Positions 23,095-34,310 of a stretch of DNA of 64,000 nt are shown in pieces. Below the pieces are notes generated by a model, which searched no databases, was not told the origin of the DNA, and saw nothing but the letters and a program-made list of their open reading frames with translations. The DNA is from Neophaeotheca triangularis (taxonomy: Eukaryota). Within the stretch, counting starts at the first letter, position 1. Each line of letters begins with the position of its first letter. Both the position numbers and the translations under genes were made by a program. The stretch spans positions 1 to 64,000 of the forward strand of contig BAAIJX010000030.1 in NCBI GenBank assembly GCA_054600435.1, read 5' to 3'.

Positions 23095-24261
23095 TCAAAA
23101 AGGTATTGCTTGTCCGTCCATTTCAATACATTTTTTATATCTCGTAGGCATATTCAATACTATTCTATTAATCTTCTCCTACAAAATTGAATTATATGCC
23201 TCTTACGTAACCTGTATTACTTCCTTGTATGTTGTTCGAAGCGTCTTTCGAAGCTCTATCTTAAAAAGACTCGTAATAACCTCCGAAGTACTTAAATTAG
23301 GAGAACAACCGGGTGTAAAGTAGAACTCGAGTCCTATAGCCTTTTTTAAGGCTATTATTGTATTTGCCGTATATACCGAGTCTCTATCTTCTTATAAGAC
23401 AAAGTTATCGCCTCGAGAAATCCATTCCTAAATAGCTCTCCCGATTATGTTCTCGCGATAGTACTCTCCAGATATCTTCCCGTTTTTATTCGTAGAGATA
23501 TCGTAGAAATAGAGAGGGCTTTTATAGTTATAGCCTACAGCCTACTAAAAGTGTACTACTTTGCCTACTTCATCGTCGCGGTTATAGTCGTTATCGTCTT
23601 GTTTTGACTTTGAAATTCGAGGCCGTTTTCGTGTATTATCCTTTATACGAATCGTATCCTTCGAGTATCTTGCTTTTCTACCTCGTTTTCGAAGAATACG
23701 ATGCGAGTTCTCTTCGTAGCTATAGCTACAATATATCTCGTCGCTAAAACATGTACGCTATAGATAGGTGTCGAGATTTGTTTCCCCTTTCGCGAGATTG
23801 TCCTTTGAAAATTCGACTCGATATGATGCGAGATGTTCCTCGACTTCTTGTTTTGAAGCTACGATAAACAAGCTAATCTCTCTATCTTATAATGCATGTT
23901 GAATTGTCCTATCGCTAATATTATATAGTATCTTGAGTTCGTGTCGTAGCGAGTTATATTTTAGGTCGTGTCCTTCGTAGCTATTATTTGTAATTAGGTC
24001 TTCGAGTCTATCTTTTGTGGTTTCCGAGATCTTTAAAGGTTAGCCGCGAGTCTTATCCTTACCGAGATGCTGTCTATCTCGATCTCCTCGAAGTACTCGA
24101 GATACCGCGGATTTTAAAGACTTAAAAAGAGAGGCGAGGTTTCGGATAGTTGCTGCTTTTTGAGGATTCCCGAAGTTATTTCTTTCGCAAAAGTCGACAA
24201 ATTCTGTAACTCCTCGAATACGACACTTTATCGGAGTCTCGAGATGCTGATATCTAGGCAT
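23095..24261 (-). pseudogene. Tc1-like DD34E transposase pseudogene (389 codons, no frameshift, 9 internal TAA/TAG stops)
   Basis: Hand translation gives RG*PLKIS, *RTCFSDE (first D), HF**AVGYNYKSPLYFYD, NKNGKIS, FVL*EDRDSVY (second D) and PGCSPNLSTSE (E, 34 residues after the second D). Confidence 0.92.
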
Positions 24262-24327
24262 TGTTATATAGTTATAGTATCTCTATTTATGAAGTTCTTA
24301 AACTACAAGTATAAAGTGCGGAGATCT

Positions 24328-24361
24328 TGAAATTTTGTCCCGCTTTTACTTTCACCCGGGA
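24328..24361 (-). repeat. Right terminal inverted repeat
   Basis: TGAAATTTTGTCCCGCTTTTACTTTCACCCGGGA. Confidence 0.95.
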
Positions 24362-27300
24362 GCCTTTACACTCGCCGGCTAACTACGCCGAACCTGTGAG
24401 ACGCTTCCTTCATATGAGAGAATGCTTAAGCTAGACAACGCGCTTTAATTTATCCTGCTCGAGGGATCCCGCAAGCGCTTACGACAATGCTCAAAACGGC
24501 TACTATGGTATTCTAATGATACCTTTCTTCTAGTATTTGACAACTCAGCAAAAATCGAAAGGCCATGGTCCGGTTCTGATGCCTTTCGCGGTTCTCTTAA
24601 TCCCAAGATGTTGGCAAAAAAAAAAAAGGACCCTGTAAATTGCTCGTCTGGTCGGGATAGAGCATAGCGTCCTCTTGTGGATACGGATGCTCGGCCTGGC
24701 ACTCTACCGCCGATGAGATTCATATCTGCTGATGCTGGGACACGATCGACCTTCCGTCTTGGGGCCATTTGGCACTTGCGATTATCATCGTACCAGCTTC
24801 AGAAGCTTCACCTACGCAAATTGTCCCGACTCTTCTGTCACTTGGGAATCAGCAAGCGCTCAGCAAGGCATTGCCATGGTGACGGGACTCTTCCATGATC
24901 GAGGACACCAAAGCTAACTCGATACTCCGACTACTATCCAATCGTGCTAGAGCCAGCACTACGGTAAAGAGAGAAGCAACCTGAGTTTACACCCGTCTGA
25001 CAGGATCTTTCAATCCTTCGGTTGTTGGCGCAGCTCCGTCCTTGTGTTGAGTAAGTCATCGAGAAGGACTGACTTGGGAAATGGACGAGTCGAGCCGATG
25101 AGAAGCGATGGAGAAGGCATCTTCCCCCAGCTGAATCGAAGCGACGAACGGGCAAAGTGTTTGTTCTTTCCGCGAACTTGGTGGCATTCGCATCCAATGC
25201 GAGGGATTATGTTCTACCACTGGAATGGATCGCCCGCTTGTAGGCACCGCATCCATGCCATGGTCACGAAACACAGTGTCATGACCCTCAGAGCGAGCAA
25301 GACAATGGTTCTCCGAGTCTGCCCTCGCTGTGAGAACGGAAGCGGCTCTGCAGGACCATGCTCTACGTGACATGCACAAAACGCCACCGACCACGAGCAG
25401 CCTAGCAGCAAGATGATGCAGTCGAGTCGTGTCGACTCTGTCGAGAACCTTTGCACGCAAGCTATTACTGCGACTCGCTGCCTAGCTTCTCGATAAGGTA
25501 CCTCTTGACCAAAAGAACTTTGTGGTGTGTGCAATGTACCCATCACAAGTATATGTGATAGATCTGCAAAGACCATGGCCGAAGTGGATCTCACGCTTGA
25601 CCATGGCCTGCGAGCAAAAGAACCAACAAGCGAACGAGGCTTCTGAAGGTTGACCGCTGAGGAGGCCTTCTGGAATCTGGCATCGACTATACGCAAAGCT
25701 AATGCGCGAAAATTCGCCGTCGTGTGCATAGTATGCCAACGAATCCTTCTCGTCGTTGACTACAGCAACTTCTGCGTCAAGCGCCAGCGCCACGCTTGCC
25801 TAGTAGCATGTAGACTGCGGTGGCCTCCACTACTGCCTGCAGGTCTCATCGGACGCTCAGCACAAGTTCACAACGGCAGGCTGCCTTAATGCCATGATCG
25901 AAACTAGTCGACTTGCAGAAAGGAAGTGGGGCAAGCAAAAGCCTATGTACTTATGTATGCCGAGCATGATGATGTTGCTATCGCAGCAGCAGCGCGACTT
26001 AGGTACTCAAGCGACCGCCGTACTACTGCCGGTAAATCACTCACATATGGGTCTTAGAGCAAAAGCAACTAGAAAGACTCTAAACTCGTTATTGTGGGTC
26101 ATGGCAGCTTATGAGTCTGCAGAGTTGATGATCTAGATTCTAATAATCACCGTCTGCTTGCTCTCACCGTCTCGATATTCTTGCTGCTTGAGAGGAGCCA
26201 GGACGAGTACCTTGTTGAACAGGCTGGTGTAACAATACTATGTAGCTGAGCACGTGCTAGTTCTAATGATGTTAAGCTACGCCGCGCCAAAACACTCCAC
26301 GTACCGACTACTACTACTGTAGTAGTCTTTCTGCTTATTATTATTATTCAGTTTGCCGACTCTTCGCCTACAGCAAATCGAGATAGCCTAGAGCTCGTAC
26401 AAAGAAACCACCCGCCTTCATGGCTACCACTCAAGTACATTCGTCCGGTCCCACGACCCTCACGGTGAACCCTCTCGAATCCCCTTCTTGATCCCTTCTC
26501 AATTCCACGACATTATTCATTTCCGCTTGCTCGAACATACAACAGCTACGTTATTGGCGACGTCCTCGTCGGTACGTGTAGTAGCGGCCATTCTAATGCT
26601 AGGTAGAACGTCGACGTCCTCGGGCAGCGGGAAACCTATCACTAGCTATCTAGAGACGGAGTTCCCACGTCCCGAATCGCAACGAAGATTTGCAAGTCGC
26701 CGTCACGGTCTTGCACTACGCACATCTCTAGGAACATGGCTATGGAAGTTGCAAAGTAAAGGTCGTAGAGTAAGTACTACGTTGGCTTTTGCGTCGCTAG
26801 GATTCTGATACCAGATCTCAAGCGTGTCGTTCGTATTCATAGAAGCCGTATACATACTCGCTGTTCCGCTGTAATTTCTCCTGTGTCTGCTACTCTTCCT
26901 ATCGACCATCTATCAATCGAAAGGCGTATTCGACCAGAGTCGTGTCTCCAGATAGATATTAGAGTCGGGTAGGTCACGGGACGTTGCCGCCCCAGCATGC
27001 TTGAAGGCTAACCAAGTCGCTGTCGTAGGCGACCGAATCGGCCGAGTTTGTGTTACGCCGTCGCTCCTTTACGAAACTCAAACTGTTACCGCATCGCTGG
27101 CCGATGAGGTAGTTCTCGTTTATGTCTAGAGGGTAATGTGACCGACTCTGATTTCAGCTGTTGCCGCGAGAAGGGGGAATTACTGAATACGAAGAGAACA
27201 CGTTCTAATATCCGGTGCCATCGATCGTATACTACGAGATTGCTATCCAAGTTTGCGAACCATTACTAAGGGGAGCGACTGGATACACTGCGGCGGCGGC

Positions 27301-29968
27301 GGGGGGGGGGGCTGCCGTCCTTGATTCGACTCTCCGCTGTAGTATTATAGCGCCGCGCGCTCTTTTGATTTCAACTATCAACGTACGCATTACGCGCCGA
27401 CCATGACCCCGATCTTGTACAGGCAATTGACATTCAGCATTCTAGATTGCATTATTGACAAGACCATTTCCTAGAAGGAACATTGAGCACTCGCCTAGCA
27501 CGAACCTTTCCTACCGTATCGTATGTAATGACACGATGGACGCTAAAAGAGTCAAGACGTCTGCCACGCGAGCCGGGCTGGGCAACCTGCAAGCCTCAGA
27601 CAGAGTTGTTCGGACCCAATCAAGAAGAGCCCCATCTGTGTAGAGCCTGATGAGGGTGCCGTCATGCTAGGGTGGCCAGGCCACCCAGGCGCGTAGCGGT
27701 GATGAAAAAGCCAAAGACAAACTCCGCGCCATGAGTGCCCCTCCCCCCCAAGGATCCCCGATACCTCCTCCTAGCAGGCTAGTACAGCATCTTGGAATTT
27801 TCACTTTGCGAAAGAGACGTTGTGCCGGGCGCGAGGCTGCAAAGTGAGCGCATATCCGCCTTTGGCTTTCGATTCGTTGGCGTGACGCACCAGAGGTCAT
27901 GATCTACATGCCGCTTCGTACCTTAATTGACTCGGAGTTTGTGTTGGGAGACGAAAAGTCAATCAAAAATCGTGGCTAGGGTTTCGTGGATTGATCGCCT
28001 AGACACAGGCGACCAATGACAAGCGGGCCAATGCAGTAGAGGCGATCCTCCAAAGGCGTCTGCCGTGCCGCAGGGAAAAGCAACAAGCTGCAACTGAAGT
28101 CACGGCAACACACCATCAACCGTTGTTGAACTCTCAGCTCCAGCGGAAGGGCTTCAGAATTTCGGTGCAACAAGTCTACCGTTTGACACCCTTGGGAGCC
28201 GTTTGAGATGTCACCAATCGAGAGCGTTGTGGTCATCTCAGCTCGAATGCACAGAGCTTGACTCACATCGTTGCAAGGTTTCGGCGCCATGCGGCACGCG
28301 CATCTCGTCTTTCGAGATTCGTAGACGGAGCTGCAGCCTGCAGGCGACTGTCGAAAAGTGGACGCGTCTCGCCGCAGTAGTAGTAGTAAGTGCGCGCATG
28401 TGTGATGCACCTAGCTGTGCCTCCTCCTATGGCTGGACTAGCACAGCTGATGAGGTGTCTTTTGCGCATCCTGCCGCTGCGTGAGCCCGAGACTGGAGCA
28501 ACACTGGTTATCACAGGCCAACTTACTATTTTACAGGCTACCCTGAGACGCCGCGTCTCCTCGGCGCATCGGGAAGCTACTACTCGTGATCTCCTACACA
28601 ACTACTACTACGGGAGTACGACTACTGCTTGGGACGGAAGAAGTTCCAAGCCAACGTGTGCGTTTGATGGTTTGCCCCACTCGATTCCTTGCGGGACCAG
28701 CGCCGTGGACCTTTCCAGCCCAGATCTGACTAGCAACTCGTATCGGATACATCAAGAGTCAGTCATTGGGACAGTCCGCTCGATTGATTGATTATTGATT
28801 AGGTTGCTTGAGAGTCACCAACCGCAGGCGTAGCGTATGTAGGTAATGGATACATCTTCGTCTTCGCGTACGCATACGCACAGGCCGATAGTCGATAATA
28901 ATGAAAATAATATCGAAAGTGGCCAATCGTGGCAGGATATTATTTCTCACTGTTTTACCGGCGGCCTAGTACAAGACAAGGCAAAACCTCGGTAGTGGCG
29001 AGATTACGAACGCAAAGGCTTCGCTTCTCCTTTCCTACTACTACCTATGTAGTCCTTGCAGCAAGGCAAAGTAGTCTAGCGTGGACATGCAGACGACAGC
29101 GACCCAGCCACACTTCCATCCTCCGTGGCCACCCGCGCTAGAAGGTAGATTGTGTATGTATGTATGTATGTATGTAGGTAGGTACCGAGTCGTAGGAGGC
29201 ACGACGACTAGTATTATTATTATAACCGACGAACCTTCCAAAAAGGCAGTTGTTGTTGATGAAGACCCGACGGCAGAAAAAAGTCGACCCAGCCAAGTGA
29301 GTCCGGAGTGAGGCTAGCCTACTAGCGTGGCCCAGTAGGCAGCCCGCTTCGCCCGTACTACAATGTTACGATGTACCTAGCCTAGTACTAGACAGACACC
29401 TGGCCTTTTTCTTACAGTAGTGTGAAGTGTACCAGGTACTCCTCCACGCTCCTCCTACAAGCTACCTAGGTACTGACTGGGGCGGCTGACGGCTCGCTGC
29501 TGCTGAGACTGTTGTGTGTGTGTGGGTACAGTAGTAGTACGGGTGGTGGCACTTTGGTACTACTCTTAGAGTGGCGTCGACCGCTACCTACCCAGTAATA
29601 AATACCTACCCACGTCGGTGGACCCGCCGACACGCCAGCAGCTTGTGCAAGGATATACCAATCATAGCATGCATACCTACTACTGTACCTAATGCTGTCC
29701 CGACGCGCTTGGAGCTGCCACTTGGCTCGATGCAAAAGATCCCTGTCGCGAGAACAGTGCGCGGCACGAGTCTGATAAGTCAAGTCTCTGATACCTAATC
29801 CCTGCTCTTCCATGCACCATGAGCCATGTGGGTAGGTTTTGCCCGCTAGCAGCTCGTTCGATTCGATAGGGTGGTGAGAAGAATGACTACTAAGTAACTA
29901 CTGTGAGAGAAGAGACGTCTCGTTTTCTGAAAGGCGAGCAGGGCAAGCAGGGCTACCGCTCACGGCTC

Positions 29969-30003
29969 ACCACTGACCACTACTGACCACTGACCACTGA
30001 CCA
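29969..30003. repeat. Imperfect tandem (CCACTGA)n array upstream of the Ran1-like kinase
   Basis: accactgaccactactgaccactgaccactgacca. Confidence 0.7.
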
Positions 30004-30502
30004 GGCTCCAGGGTGGCGGCTCGCTCCTCTATGAAAGGCTGTGGTGACCACGGTACAGACTTCCCCGTACACACCTTAAAACTTATGCCCTCTCTGCGTG
30101 TGGGTGGTCTACCTTACCCAGTACCAGCACACCTCTCGTCATACCTCCCTTTTACCTCACCTTCCTTTCCTTTGCCCTAGCATTATTCTTATTCTTATTA
30201 TTCTTATTGCCGACTGTACCTGGACTCTGAGGCCGCCTCAGCCTCAGTCATTCCCACCTCCTCCACCACCACCAACGCTTTAACGCCCGGCTCTGCCCTG
30301 TTGCATCACACCAGCACTTCGCAGCTTGCTCCTCTACTACTATCATCACCACTCTCCCTCCCACCTTTGGATTGGATATTTCATTTGCTTCGATCAAACA
30401 CTACTCTCCACCACTTTGGACGTTCAAATCCCACCGTTTCTTTGGAAGTACTTGTCTTGTCAACGCCCTTTCCTTTCCCCGTCTACGGAAGCCACCTGGT
30501 CG

Positions 30503-30523
30503 ATGAGTGAACGCAACGCGTAA
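30503..30523 (+). promoter_or_regulatory. Putative uORF (MSERNA*) 65 nt upstream of the kinase start
   Basis: ATGAGTGAACGCAACGCGTAATAA is the only ATG in roughly 490 nt of pyrimidine-rich leader-like sequence. Confidence 0.5.
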
Positions 30524-30588
30524 TAAAGCTCAAGCGGACCACTTCCCCGAGGGACTACCATTGGACTTGGACTTGACCAGACTCGACC

Positions 30589-31966
30589 ATGGAGGCATAC
30601 CCATCCCCGCCAACATCGCCAGGGCCTATTGAGACATGCAACCCCCAGGATCGTCTGGGTCTTGTTCTTGCCAACAGTATCGAGTTGACCGCCGTCCTCG
30701 GCGTGGGAGCATACGGAACCGTCTACCAGGCCCGTGACATTAGAACCAATGTCCTGTATGCCGTCAAGGCGCTCAACAAAGCCGGTCTCGATCCGAGACA
30801 ACGTAAATTCCAGGAGCGTGAAATCCGATTGCACTACCAAGCCGGACACAGCCCAAACGTTGTCTCCCTGACCAAGATCATGGACAGTCCGGATTGCACC
30901 TTTGTTGTCATGGAATTTTGCCCAGAAGGTGACCTCTTCACCAAAATCACCGATGAACGCCATTATGTTGGAAACGACTTCATGGCCAGGCATGTTTTCC
31001 TACAGATCCTGGACGCTGTGATTGATTGCCACTCCGTTGGTGTTTACCACCGTGACCTCAAGCCCGAAAATATCCTCGTCAAGGACAATGGATGGACTGT
31101 CAAGCTCGCAGACTTTGGCCTTGCCACCCAAGAAAGGATCACCTCTGATTTTGGATGCGGCTCCACCTTTTACATGTCCCCAGGTACGTTGAATCGAACG
31201 ATGAGTTAACCTTTAACAAAGACCCATTGCTGATTTTGAACGACCGACAGAGTGCCAGGACGAGAAACCGATGCCTTTTGCTTCCTACAGATCCGCCCCA
31301 AACGACGTCTGGTCTCTAGGTGTCATCCTCGTCAACCTGACATGTGGCCGTAACCCATGGAAGCGTGCATCGATAGACGACACGACCTTCAAGGCCTTCC
31401 GTCAGGACCGCAACTTCCTCCAGACAATCCTGCCCATCTCTGATGACCTAAATGCGATTTTGAAGCGTGTCTTTGACATCAACCCGGAGACTCGCATCAC
31501 TCTACCAGAGTTGAGGAGTCTCATCATGGAATGCCCGAATCTGACTGCATCCAGCGCAGCGAGCTCTCCGGCTACACCTCCATACTCGCCAGTTGAGCAT
31601 GCAATGGATTGTAATGGTACCCTCTACACCAGAGTCCCGGAAACCGTTCCTCAGATGGATCAATTGCCAGCGCAGCAATACCCCATGGCAGCACCAGTCT
31701 TCAGCTCTCCACAGCATTCGACATTTCAGGCATCCTACCCGACCCCACCTTCATCAGGGAACAACAGCCCCTTCCTCCACCACCACCACCACCCTCCGTA
31801 TACGTTGCCAGGCAAGCCTTCAGGTCCACAACCGGTACCCAGGTTTGCCCCGCCACAGACGACTAGTTTCTTCCAAGCCCCTCCCGTTTGGCAAAGATGT
31901 AGTCAATTCTTACCATCCTTGACCCGTCCCATCTGCTGGACCCCTGGACCCGGCATGGCCTACTAG
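30589..31966 (+). CDS. Ran1/Pat1-family (Sks1/Vhs1-like) Ser/Thr kinase, 436 aa; exons 30589-31183 and 31251-31966
   Basis: LGVGAYGTVY, YAVKAL, REIRLH, YHRDLKPEN, DFGLAT, DFGCGSTFYMSPEC and DVWSLGVILVNLTCGRNPWKRA; intron GTACGT...GCTGAT...GACAG. Confidence 0.92.
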
Positions 31967-34310
31967 ACCACCTCCACCGCTCCCGGCTATTTCCATTATT
32001 CCCACACCCGACCTGTTTATATCCACACCACCGCTACCACATGAGGGAGTTACGACGATTACGACGCAAGGAGATGTTATCATTCGAGCGTGCGCGATGA
32101 GGCCAGATTTTTTTTTTCTCTTTTCTTTTTTGCTACCTTTGCTCTACGGAGATGTATATGCTGTACCGGATACCCAAATGCGCGCACAGGATAGTGTCTT
32201 TTTGGCCTGACACTTGAGGATTGTTTAGGGGGGAGGTTGGTTGTTTGTTCGTCTTTGGGGGAGAAAATACGCTATGGCGCTTCCATGTTAGATTTAGATG
32301 CCCGGACTTTCACTTCCCAGGAGTGCCACCGGATGGATAGAGAGAGAAGCTTTTCCCTTGCTTTTGATGTAGACCGCTGCCAGCGGGAGAGTCACCGCGG
32401 TGCTTTGATGGGTTTCTGTATAGTAACACACTGCCGGATTGGCCAGCTTTATACCTAGCGTGTACCATCATGTCCAACGTTGCCATGCTCCCGGTGATAC
32501 GTTACGATCCATACACGAGATCGTTTAATCAGCCAACGCCTTCGTCGCTGTTCTCAATCATGTTGCTAATCACGACCACTGTCCTTGAATGCCATCACGT
32601 CCCTCGCGCCGCCGCCATACCGCTACTCACGAGTCGTCCGCCGCCATTATTGGCCCAGCCCATCCACCCATCCATCCATCCATCCATCACCTCGAAGCAC
32701 TAATCCACCAACAAGACCTCGCCTAGCACTACGTACCTAGCCCAACAAACAAGGCGCGACGACCTCTAATCCCTAACCCCCCTGTCCACAAACCACCACA
32801 GCGATTACTGGGAACTAGGTACTCCCGTCCTCGCGCATCGTCCACACCCAACACCCATCACCCACCGCACTAGCGCTACATACCCGACACCAACGCGCGC
32901 AACAGCACCCACGTCTCTGTCTAACCCCGTTCTGCCAGCAGCATGGCATGGCAGCACCACCCAAGTCACGCCCTAGAACTCTAGCCCTACTAGACCCAAA
33001 AAGACCCTTGGGGAGGTTAAAGATGATAGTAGTAAGCAACGACGCCCCCTAGGCGCCAAAACCCCAGCCCATCCCCCCTAAAAAAAACAAAAGAAAGAAA
33101 CAAAGAAAGAAAAGAAAAAAGCAAGGCGAAAAAACAAACCCTCCCCTCCCCCAACTACATGTACCTACAAGCTTGGAAGAAAGAAAGAAACTCCAAGGCA
33201 GCCAATCGCTCGCTTTCGCCGGACACCCACACCGCGGGTACGCCGAGCGGTTGGGTTGTTACGTACGCCCTGTAGATACAGGTGCTTTTTTGTTTTTGCG
33301 CCCTGTTGATTGTGTACATATGTATCTGTACACGGTAGTGTTAGTGTGGTTTTAATAGGGAAGGGGGGGAAGCAAGGCTGTTGGAGTAGGGTGTGGTGTG
33401 TACATTACAGCCCGGAGACGTTACGGCCCTAGGTAGGATGGATGGATATTGGAGACGTGTGTACAGAGTCGCGGTTTCTGAGGATGAGACGTGCATGGGA
33501 TTTTTTGTTGGATTGGGGGCTGCGTGTGTCTGGTTGATCGATTGATTGATTGATTAATTGAGCGACTAATAATGTAGAACGGCCTTGCGTTGCGAGTTGC
33601 GAGGGAGAGGAGAGAATTGGGTTGGGGGCCGGCCGTGATGCTAGATCCTTATTTTTATTATCATTATCATCATTATCATTGCCCGTAGGACAGCGTCCTC
33701 GCAAGCTGGTGCCACGATCTAAGGTACGGGGCATCGAGGGAGTTTCGTGATGGCGAGTCAAGGGAGCTTCAGCTGGGAGCTGGGCTGGGCTTCGTTGGGT
33801 TTTTTATTTGTCGTTTCCTTTTTCCTATACGTACAGGGTATGCTGGTCGCTTTTTGACTCGCGAGACTGTCTTGTGGGTTCCTGTAATCGTTTTCCGTTG
33901 GGTGGGCGTCTAGAGGTTCGATGGTTGCTGGTGTGCGAAAGGTCCAGTTGGCGCGAGGCGTCTTTACCTTAGGGTTGGAGTTTGAGTTTTGTCGGGGTTG
34001 GGGTGATATTACTTTTCATCGCGCGGGAGACGGCATTTACCTTGTTTGGGCAAAGTGCGGTTGATTCCCGTGGTCGTCTGTCTACGATACTTGACGTTGA
34101 TGCCTGCGGCCACTGACTAGTGCTCGTCGTAGTGTAGTGGCCTCTAAGGAAGTTCGCGGAAGTAAAACATGACAAGCACAAAAGCACGCAACACGCAAAA
34201 GCCGACAGTGAGACAACCACCAGAGTAGAAAGGCAAGGCAAGCCCAAAATCCAATGATACGGTATACAGCCGCGTTTGTTACGTATATACATGAAAGAGC
34301 TCTCCTAGCC

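Larger units (their letters stand above)
23043..24361 (-). mobile_element. Full-length Tc1/mariner-superfamily DNA transposon (~1.32 kb, DD34E), RIP-inactivated
   Basis: Perfect 34-bp terminal inverted repeats (23043-23076 and 24328-24361) enclose an AT-rich, TpA-rich interior that carries a transposase frame. Confidence 0.93.
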
